A stretch of DNA of 16,820 nt. Origin: a virus. The stretch lies in UHGV virus genome UHGV-0364865, one strand, 5' to 3'. A model generated the notes under the pieces. It saw only the letters and a program-made list of their open reading frames with translations, did no database searches and was not told the origin of the DNA. Below are positions 8,388 through 14,298 of the stretch, piece by piece (position 1 is the first letter of the stretch; every line of letters begins with the position of its first letter). A program made the translations under genes and the position numbers.

Positions 8388-8660
8388 CTACCTGCCTTGA
8401 CGAAAGACCTTAAGAACATCGTTAAACTGACTTACGGATATGTCTTCTTTGAGAAGCTTTTCCAGAAATGCGTTTGGAATGAACGTATATCCCTCCTCTT
8501 TTGGTAGAGACTGGAGCAACGCCCTCGCCTCAGCCTTCAGAAGCTCAGTTCTGGCAACTTTCACAAAAGAGATTTGAGTTCTTTCATCAATGGAACGAAG
8601 GAAGCGCAAACGCTTAGCTTCTTTGTGTGTATCAGGTGGATTAAAGCCTTTGTTTCGCAT
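8388..8660 (-). CDS. Hypothetical protein between cII and the initiator gene
   Basis: 90-aa product starting at an internal Met of the 146-aa tracked ORF; SD GAGGT about 7 nt upstream; this start avoids overlap with cII, whose stop is at 8683. Confidence 0.55.
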   Translation of the reverse strand: MRNKGFNPPDTHKEAKRLRFLRSIDERTQISFVKVARTELLKAEARALLQSLPKEEGYTFIPNAFLEKLLKEDISVSQFNDVLKVFRQGR

Positions 8661-8682
8661 ATAATTACCTCGTTGGATGTTG

Positions 8683-8982
8683 TTAAAAATCCATCTGGAT
8701 TTGTTCAGAACGCTCGGTCTTGCACACCGGGCGTTTTTTATTGGTGATTTCATCAAGCGCATACTTAAAAGCCCTGCTAATCGGACTGATGTCTGATGCC
8801 ATTCCGAAAGCACACAAGACCGAAGCAATAAATCTCCAGTCCGTTCTGCTTATCTTCGATTCATGACAGCCAATCATCTTTGCCAGACCGCGCTGGGTAA
8901 GCGTTGACAGGTTGATGAGTAAATCTGTTTCTGCGCGATCAACGTCGCGCTGTGATAGTTTGCTGTAACTTGTTTGTTCCAT
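8683..8982 (-). CDS. cII: Transcriptional activator CII
   Basis: 99-aa ORF whose C-terminus ...ITNKKRPVCKTERSEQIQMDF matches the lambda CII C-terminus (..TNKKRPAATERSEQIQMEF) and has an HTH-like region; positioned between cro and the replication genes. Confidence 0.8.
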   Translation of the reverse strand: MEQTSYSKLSQRDVDRAETDLLINLSTLTQRGLAKMIGCHESKISRTDWRFIASVLCAFGMASDISPISRAFKYALDEITNKKRPVCKTERSEQIQMDF

Positions 8983-9067
8983 TTCTTAAGATTTCCAGTA
9001 GTGAATAGTTAGTTGAAAGGTATGCGTGGAAACGCATATGGCCTTAGTTGGTCAGATATCTTGGAAC

Positions 9068-9114
9068 TCGCTTTTCAGCGACGTAGGACGAATGTCCGTT
9101 GTTACAAAGAGCGG
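9068..9114 (-). promoter_or_regulatory. nutR-like site: boxA followed by two hairpins
   Basis: Minus strand reads CGCTCTTTGTAACAA (boxA-like, plus 9102-9113), then hairpin GGAC-AUUC-GUCC (plus 9087-9098), then hairpin UCGCU-GAAA-AGCGA (plus 9068-9081); lies between cro and cII as nutR does in lambda. Confidence 0.6.
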
Positions 9115-9123
9115 ATCCGCTTA

Positions 9124-9339
9124 TTAAGCGGCTTTGTGTTCCGGCGGGAACACGTCATCAAGACTGACTTTTGCGCCTAACTTGTTTAGGCACGCAACAA
9201 GAGCACGGCATGTTTTAAGGTCTGGGAAGCGACGACCAGATTCCCAATGTCCGATAGCTCCCTGTGTGCATCCAACTGCCTTAGCAAGTGTTGTTTGAGA
9301 GATATTCAGTGACTCTCGATATTTTCGTAGGTTGCTCAT
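9124..9339 (-). CDS. cro: Cro-like HTH repressor
   Basis: 71-aa product MSNLRKYRESLNISQTTLAKAVGCTQGAIGHWESGRRFPD...; its HTH recognition region (TQGAIGHW) is nearly the same as that of the divergent cI (TQGGIGHW); SD GGAGGG upstream. The 128-aa tracked ORF extends into the operator region and is rejected. Confidence 0.8.
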   Translation of the reverse strand: MSNLRKYRESLNISQTTLAKAVGCTQGAIGHWESGRRFPDLKTCRALVACLNKLGAKVSLDDVFPPEHKAA

Positions 9340-9450
9340 ATGCCCTCCATAGTAACCATAACGCAATAATACGATATGTACTTTTAGAATGCAAACAAAA
9401 AATACATCTTGTGCATGGATGATTTTAGTACAGAGCGTAATAATAAGGGT
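9340..9450. promoter_or_regulatory. Divergent immunity control region (OR-type) containing PR for cro and a PRM-type promoter for cI
   Basis: PR on the minus strand: TTGCAT (plus 9389-9394), 17-nt spacer, TATTAT (plus 9366-9371), then SD and the cro ATG. Imperfect palindromes (e.g. ATGCAAAC...TTGTGCAT at 9389-9416) and recurring TTTAG motifs are operator candidates; exact operators not resolved. Confidence 0.65.
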
Positions 9451-10110
9451 ATGAAAATGAAATGGTATGAACTGGCTAGATCCAGAATGAAAGAGCTCGG
9501 CATAACTCAAGAGAAGTTAGCCGAAGAGCTTGGTATGACGCAGGGTGGAATTGGTCACTGGTTGCGCGGATCTCGTCATCCATCTCTTGACGAGATTGGT
9601 GTGGTGTTTAAATACCTTGGTATTGATAACGTCTCATTCAACCACGACGGTACATTTTCACCTGTTGGCGAATACTCATCTGCCCCCGTTAAAAAACAAT
9701 ATGAGTACCCTGTTTTTTCTCATGTTCAGGCCGGGATGTTCTCGCCTGAGCTTAGAACCTTTACCAAAGGTGATGCGGAGAGATGGGTCAGCACAACCAA
9801 AAAAGCCAGTGATTGTGCGTTTTGGCTTGAAGTTGAAGGTAATTCCATGACCGCGCCAACAGGATCCAAGCCAAGCTTTCCTGACGGGATGTTAATTCTC
9901 GTTGACCCTGAGCAGGCTGTTGAGCCAGGTGATTTCTGCATAGCCAGACTTGGTGGTGACGAGTTTACCTTCAAGAAACTGATCAGGGATAGCGGTCAGG
10001 TGTTCCTACAACCACTAAACCCGCAATATCCAATGATTCCATGCAATGATAGCTGTTCCGTAGTAGGGAAAGTTATCGCTAGCCAGTGGCCTGAAGAGAC
10101 ATTTAGTTAA
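9451..10110 (+). CDS. cI: CI-type prophage repressor (HTH plus LexA-like S24 autopeptidase domain)
   Basis: 219-aa product from the ATG at 9451 (SD AAGGG upstream); N-terminal HTH; C-terminal S24 domain with catalytic Ser in GNSMTAP and Lys in FTFKKL; divergent from cro. Confidence 0.85.
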   Translation: MKMKWYELARSRMKELGITQEKLAEELGMTQGGIGHWLRGSRHPSLDEIGVVFKYLGIDNVSFNHDGTFSPVGEYSSAPVKKQYEYPVFSHVQAGMFSPELRTFTKGDAERWVSTTKKASDCAFWLEVEGNSMTAPTGSKPSFPDGMLILVDPEQAVEPGDFCIARLGGDEFTFKKLIRDSGQVFLQPLNPQYPMIPCNDSCSVVGKVIASQWPEETFS

Positions 10111-10140
10111 CAGCCTCACCACTCTAAAACACACAACAAT

Positions 10141-10170
10141 AACCCGACCTTAGCGTCGGGTTTTCTTTTT
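10141..10170 (+). terminator. Intrinsic terminator downstream of cI
   Basis: Perfect 8-bp stem AACCCGAC (10141-10148) / GTCGGGTT (10155-10162) with a 6-nt loop, followed by TTTTCTTTTT. Confidence 0.75.
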
Positions 10171-10236
10171 CCAAAATATAAACCCATTAAATACAAAGCG
10201 TTATAAAAAACTAAACCATATTTAGAACATTTTGTA

Positions 10237-10265
10237 TTGACTCAGTAAAGTACACATCGTACTAT
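10237..10265 (+). promoter_or_regulatory. pL-type early-left promoter
   Basis: TTGACT (10237-10242), 17-nt spacer, TACTAT (10260-10265), about 190 nt upstream of N. Confidence 0.65.
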
Positions 10266-10311
10266 TTAGCCATCAGCAGGAAGCTGGAAGCCAAACGGAA
10301 CAGACTGGCAG

Positions 10312-10357
10312 GCTCTTTAAACAACGTCGAACACTCGACTACGTGGCTGAAAAGCCA
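10312..10357 (+). promoter_or_regulatory. nutL-like site: boxA followed by two hairpins
   Basis: GCTCTTTAAACAA (boxA-like, 10312-10324), hairpin GTCGA-ACAC-TCGAC (10326-10339), then hairpin TGGCT-GAAA-AGCCA (10344-10357); same architecture as the nutR candidate. Confidence 0.6.
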
Positions 10358-10455
10358 GATCACCCAACCACATAAGCTGTGGGATGCAATGCCGAAGCAA
10401 CCGTCTCAGGAGGGGCTTCGAGATTGCATCGCCAAAGTTTATTCGGGAGGAATCT

Positions 10456-10728
10456 ATGTCCAGAAAAACAGAATTTAAAGGAACCGCAGCTTCTCGCCGT
10501 AGAGCTCGTCGTGCAAATCTGCAAAGTCAGGAGGCGATCAGCTCCGACAAGCTACACAGGCCAACCCCTTCACGAGTGGTCTTGCAATGCAAGCGCAAAC
10601 CAGCAATGAGAGCAGAAGTGATAACTCTGACAACGTTGACCAGAAAATATGAAGGTTCAACTTGTCTTCCAAACGTAGCTCTTTACGCGGCAGGCTACCG
10701 GAAATCCAAACAACTGACAGCAAGATGA
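10456..10728 (+). CDS. N: N-type transcription antiterminator
   Basis: 90-aa product from the internal ATG at 10456 (SD GGGAGG upstream); N-terminal arginine-rich motif (GTAASRRRARRANLQ); C-terminus ...VALYAAGYRKSKQLTAR resembles the P22 gp24 C-terminus as recalled. Confidence 0.75.
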   Translation: MSRKTEFKGTAASRRRARRANLQSQEAISSDKLHRPTPSRVVLQCKRKPAMRAEVITLTTLTRKYEGSTCLPNVALYAAGYRKSKQLTAR

Positions 10729-10786
10729 CTTGTGTTGGTCGCCAGAAAATGAAATTAGGCAGCAAACCACTTATTTGAGGTGATAT

Positions 10787-11038
10787 ATGGAATTTCATGA
10801 AAGTGCGATTTATGATTTTCGCGCTAACGCAAATTCAGTAAAACCACAGCCAATTGCAGTTCTTTTTAAAACAATGGGTGCGTGGGCTGTTTTATGCTTC
10901 GCCGCTGATGACACTGATGCAAGAATGGCAATAGGCCAAGAGATGGAGATGGACCCGACAAACGATGAATTCATAATTTATGGCGCTCCATCTAATTACT
11001 TACTTGATACCTGCAACATTTACAACAAGGCTGCCTGA
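10787..11038 (+). CDS. Hypothetical small acidic protein
   Basis: 83-aa ORF with SD GAGGTG upstream; no recognisable motif. Confidence 0.5.
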   Translation: MEFHESAIYDFRANANSVKPQPIAVLFKTMGAWAVLCFAADDTDARMAIGQEMEMDPTNDEFIIYGAPSNYLLDTCNIYNKAA

Positions 11039-11077
11039 TGGTGGCCTTTATTTTTGGCATAAACAACAGAGGCTAAC

Positions 11078-11374
11078 ATGGAATTTAAAGGTACTGAAGG
11101 TAAGTGGGAAATAATGATGGATGGCGATGAGATTAAAATCATCCAGGCAGACTCACTTGAAAATGGCGCAGGCTGGCGTTCGTATATTGCAATCTGTGAG
11201 GAAGTTCAATGCATTGAAGATGCCAATCTAATAGCGGCAGCACCTGACCTTCTCGAAGCACTTCAGTTATTACTTAAGCAAACCAAAAATAGAACAACGA
11301 CAACATATCCAGAATGGTATGGAGCTGTTAATAAAGGTCTTGCAGCAATCAGAAAAGCTCTTGGGGAAGAATGA
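11078..11374 (+). CDS. Hypothetical protein with an ead/Ea22-type N-terminal-like domain
   Basis: 98-aa ORF with SD AGAGG; shares a motif pattern (G.W ... I.. ... AN.IAAAP.LLEAL) with the N-terminus of the 272-aa protein at 15531-16349. Confidence 0.55.
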   Translation: MEFKGTEGKWEIMMDGDEIKIIQADSLENGAGWRSYIAICEEVQCIEDANLIAAAPDLLEALQLLLKQTKNRTTTTYPEWYGAVNKGLAAIRKALGEE

Positions 11375-11532
11375 TGAATAAGAAATACATTGTTGAAGTT
11401 ATAGAGCGAGAAACGAAAGAAGTAATCAAACATTTCGAATTTGATAATTATAGAAAAGCTGACCGCGTAGAAGAAGGATTGTTGCGACAAAGTAATCTCG
11501 AAAAATTTGATGTTGTCATGCGATGCGAATAA
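11371..11532 (+). CDS. Hypothetical small protein (53 aa), translationally coupled to the upstream gene
   Basis: Not in the supplied ORF track (below its length cut-off); read manually: ATG at 11371 overlapping the upstream stop (ATGA), in frame to TAA at 11530-11532; product MMNKKYIVEVIERETKEVIKHFEFDNYRKADRVEEGLLRQSNLEKFDVVMRCE. Confidence 0.4.
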   Translation: MMNKKYIVEVIERETKEVIKHFEFDNYRKADRVEEGLLRQSNLEKFDVVMRCE

Positions 11533-11625
11533 GCGCCTATAGCAGATTTACGAGTCTGCTATGTGAGCAATGTCGCTCGTAACTAAACAGGAGCCGACTT
11601 GTTCTGATTATTGGAAATCTTCTTT

Positions 11626-11651
11626 GCCCTCCAATGTGAGGGCGATTTTTT
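11626..11651 (+). terminator. tL1-like intrinsic terminator
   Basis: Stem GCCCTC (11626-11631) / GAGGGC (11638-11643) with a 6-nt loop, followed by GATTTTTT. Confidence 0.7.
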
Positions 11652-11671
11652 ATCTGTGAGGATATGAACAG

Positions 11672-12040
11672 ATGTCAAACATCAAAAAATACATCATTGA
11701 TTACGACTGGAAAGCATCAATAGAAATTGAAATCGACCATGACGTAATGACAGAGGAAAAACTTCACCAGATTAATAATTTCTGGTCAGACTCTGAATAC
11801 CGACTCAATAAACACGGCGCTGTATTAAATGCTGTATTAATCATGCTGGCGCAACATGCTCTGCTTATAGCAATTTCGAAAGACTTAAATGCATATGGTG
11901 TTGTTTGTGAGTTCGACTGGGATGATGGAAATGGTCAGGAAGGATGGCCTCCAATGGATGGTAGCGAAGGAATAAGAATTACCGATATCGACACATCAGG
12001 AATATTTGATTCAGATGATATGACTATCAAAGCCGCCTGA
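11672..12040 (+). CDS. Hypothetical acidic protein
   Basis: 122-aa ORF with SD GAGGA upstream; first gene after the tL1-like terminator; no confident family assignment. Confidence 0.55.
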   Translation: MSNIKKYIIDYDWKASIEIEIDHDVMTEEKLHQINNFWSDSEYRLNKHGAVLNAVLIMLAQHALLIAISKDLNAYGVVCEFDWDDGNGQEGWPPMDGSEGIRITDIDTSGIFDSDDMTIKAA

Positions 12041-12074
12041 GAGCGTTTTTAAAGAATACAACGAAGGAGGATAT

Positions 12075-13043
12075 ATGAGTGAAGTAACAGATTTAGTTGT
12101 TATTGAAAAAGCAAATGCAATGACTGTATTTCAGTCTTCCGACCAGATTGAAGAAATCCTTCAAAAGGTTGAACGTGAAGTTATGTCCTTTGTGCCTGAT
12201 ATCACAACGGCAAAGGGCAGAAAGGAGATCGCTTCTCTGGCGTATAAAGTTGCGCAGACGAAAACATATCTCGATGGTCTTGGCAAAGACCTTGTTGCTG
12301 AACTGAAGGAAATTCCAAAGCTAATTGATGCCAACCGCAAGACAGTGCGTGATCGCCTTGATGAGCTGAAAGCCAAGGCACGCCAGCCTCTTACTGATTA
12401 TGAGGAAGAACAGGCGCGGATTAAAGCCGAAGAAGAAGCTAAGGCAGCAGCTGAAGCTCTCGCAAAGCAAATTGAGTCTGACCATGAAATAGCGATTTTG
12501 ATGGATCGCGAATTTGACCGCCAAAGAGAAGAGGCAAGACTCAAAGCGGAGCAGGAAAAGCGAGAGCATGAAGAACGATTAAAAAGAGAAGCTGAAGAGA
12601 AAGCCAGAGCAGAAGCCGAAGCAAAGGCAAAAGCCGAAATTGAAGCAGCAGCAAGGCGAGAAGCAGAAGCTAAGGCCGCAGCAGAACGTGCAGAGCGTGA
12701 ACGCATTGAAGCCGAGCAACGAGCACAGCGCGAAGCAAAAGAGGCAGCAGAACGAGCTGAAAGAGAAAAGCAGGCAGCAATTGAAGCAGAACGCAGAAAA
12801 GCACAGGAGGAGGCTGAACAAATCCGTCGCGATGCTGAAGCAAAAGAGCAAGCCAGAATAGCAGAAGAAAAAAGAATCAAGGACGAAGAAGAGCGTAGAG
12901 CAAAGGATAAAGATCACCGGAAAGAAGTAAATAACAAAATACTTGCTGACCTTATCAAGGTTGGCGCATCAGAAGATGTTGCTAAAAATATCATAACAGC
13001 CATCGTAAAAGGCGAAGTATTCGCAACAAAAATAACCTACTAA
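12075..13043 (+). CDS. Hypothetical protein with a long, highly charged E/K/R/A-rich central helical region
   Basis: 322-aa ORF with strong SD AAGGAGG; about 120-aa N-terminal region, about 150-aa central segment made almost entirely of E, A, K, R, Q (predicted single alpha-helix or coiled coil), and about 45-aa C-terminal region; antisense ORFs across it are low-complexity artefacts. Confidence 0.65.
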   Translation: MSEVTDLVVIEKANAMTVFQSSDQIEEILQKVEREVMSFVPDITTAKGRKEIASLAYKVAQTKTYLDGLGKDLVAELKEIPKLIDANRKTVRDRLDELKAKARQPLTDYEEEQARIKAEEEAKAAAEALAKQIESDHEIAILMDREFDRQREEARLKAEQEKREHEERLKREAEEKARAEAEAKAKAEIEAAARREAEAKAAAERAERERIEAEQRAQREAKEAAERAEREKQAAIEAERRKAQEEAEQIRRDAEAKEQARIAEEKRIKDEEERRAKDKDHRKEVNNKILADLIKVGASEDVAKNIITAIVKGEVFATKITY

Positions 13044-13067
13044 TAAAACCAACATAAGGAACCACCC

Positions 13068-13199
13068 ATGATTTACGCAATCGCGGGAGGCGCTCGCATG
13101 GGTGCCTTCCAACTAAATGAATCTTTACTTGAACGAATCACCCGTAAATTACGTGACGGATGGAAAAGAGTTGAGGTCTTATTATGCGCAATGAAATAG
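13068..13199 (+). CDS. cIII: CIII (FtsH/HflB protease inhibitor), short allele
   Basis: Manually read 43-aa ORF (not in the ORF track): MIYAIAGGARMGAFQLNESLLERITRKLRDGWKRVEVLLCAMK; the ESLLERITRKLRDGWKR core matches the conserved lambda CIII region; SD AAGGAA upstream. Confidence 0.7.
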   Translation: MIYAIAGGARMGAFQLNESLLERITRKLRDGWKRVEVLLCAMK

Positions 13200-13336
13200 C
13201 CATCAATCACCAGATGCTTCGTGCTGCACAGAACAAAGCAGTAATAGCCAGATTTATTGGTGATTCAAAAATGTGGCTTGAAGCAAATAAAGCGATGAAA
13301 TCAGCTATCAACCTTCCGTGGTATCGCAGGAAATGA
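13184..13336 (+). CDS. kil: Kil-like host cell-division inhibitor
   Basis: Manually read 50-aa ORF: MRNEIAINHQMLRAAQNKAVIARFIGDSKMWLEANKAMKSAINLPWYRRK; IARFIGDSKMW resembles the lambda Kil core as recalled; immediately follows cIII as in lambda; SD GAGG upstream. Confidence 0.5.
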   Translation: MRNEIAINHQMLRAAQNKAVIARFIGDSKMWLEANKAMKSAINLPWYRRK

Positions 13337-13491
13337 GTTTTACAGATAACTGGTCAGACGAAGAATTCATTCGTCAGATGAAAGAATTAATCGGTAACGA
13401 AGGAGATATTCATGTCACTTGCAACCACAGTGAAGGAGAGCAAGTTACAGAGACGCATGTACACGCAGAAAGCTCTCTGGTATCGCCATAA
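13333..13491 (+). CDS. Hypothetical small protein (52 aa), ATGA-coupled to kil
   Basis: Manually read ORF: MSFTDNWSDEEFIRQMKELIGNEGDIHVTCNHSEGEQVTETHVHAESSLVSP. Confidence 0.35.
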   Translation: MSFTDNWSDEEFIRQMKELIGNEGDIHVTCNHSEGEQVTETHVHAESSLVSP

Positions 13492-13590
13492 TGGTGACCG
13501 CGAAGGAATGCGGGTATGCCTTAATTTGTCCCGAGTCGAAGTATTAAATCAGCGTTATTTCCTTGGGCCGTGTCCATTCTGAGGTGAATT

Positions 13591-14298
13591 ATGGATTTGA
13601 ACAAATTCGATGAGCCATTCAGCCCTGAAGATATCGAATGGCGAATACAGCAAAGCGGTAAAACACGCGATGGCAAGGTGTGGGCTATGGTGCTGGCTTA
13701 TGTCACGAACCGGGCAATCATGAAACGCCTGGACGATGTTTGCGGCAAAGCAGGATGGCGCAATGAATACCGCGATATTCCCAACAACGGCGGAGTTGAA
13801 TGCGGCATATCAATCAAGATTGATTCCGAATGGGTAACCAAATGGGATGCTGCTGAAAACACGCAGGTAGAAGCCGTCAAAGGTGGTCGTTCCGGTGCAA
13901 TGAAGCGTGCTGCCGTTCAGTGGGGAATCGGTCGGTATCTGTATAACCTTGAGGAAGGTTTCGCACAAACATCTCTCGATAAAAAGCAGGGGTGGCACAG
14001 GGCAAAACTGAAGGATGGAACAGGATTTTACTGGTCCCCTCCATCGCTGCCGGGATGGGCAATCCCAGCATCAGATAACAAACCATCACCAGAAAATACC
14101 AACCAGAAATCTCCATCGGTTGACTGCGAACAAATCCTGAAAGACTTCAGCGATTATGCGTCAACAGAAACTGACAAGAAAAAACTCATCGAGCGTTATC
14201 AGCGTGACTGGCAATTAATGGCTGGCAACGAGGAGGCGCAGGCTAAATGCGTTCAGGTAATGAACATCAGAGTTAACGAACTAAAACAGGCGGCATAG
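13591..14298 (+). CDS. Single-strand annealing protein, Rad52-like (Sak-type) N-terminal region with a separate C-terminal domain
   Basis: 235-aa ORF with SD GAGGTG; sits directly upstream of ssb in the early-left operon, in the position occupied by recombination genes in lambda; N-terminal region resembles Rad52/Sak annealing proteins (from memory); C-terminal ~70 aa looks like a separate, possibly Erf-like, tail. Confidence 0.5.
   Translation: MDLNKFDEPFSPEDIEWRIQQSGKTRDGKVWAMVLAYVTNRAIMKRLDDVCGKAGWRNEYRDIPNNGGVECGISIKIDSEWVTKWDAAENTQVEAVKGGRSGAMKRAAVQWGIGRYLYNLEEGFAQTSLDKKQGWHRAKLKDGTGFYWSPPSLPGWAIPASDNKPSPENTNQKSPSVDCEQILKDFSDYASTETDKKKLIERYQRDWQLMAGNEEAQAKCVQVMNIRVNELKQAA

Noticed and set aside
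8388-8828. 146-aa ORF overlapping the 3' part of cII
   Set aside because: The upstream 56 codons overlap cII in another frame; the internal start at 8660 has an SD and sits just after the cII stop.
9409-9450. Upstream ATG giving a 233-aa cI
   Set aside because: No SD before 9409, whereas the ATG at 9451 is preceded by AAGGG; the shorter form starts near the HTH as in other CI repressors. Not fully excluded.
9124-9510. 128-aa extended form of the cro ORF
   Set aside because: The extension runs through the PR/operator region and across the cI start; the internal Met at 9339 has a strong SD and gives a typical 71-aa Cro.
12161-12917. Four minus-strand ORFs (71 to 160 aa) antisense to the 322-aa charged-protein gene
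   Set aside because: Their translations are low-complexity S/A/C/F/L-rich strings produced by reading the purine-rich GAA/GCA-type coding repeats on the opposite strand; they are fully contained in a well-supported plus-strand gene.
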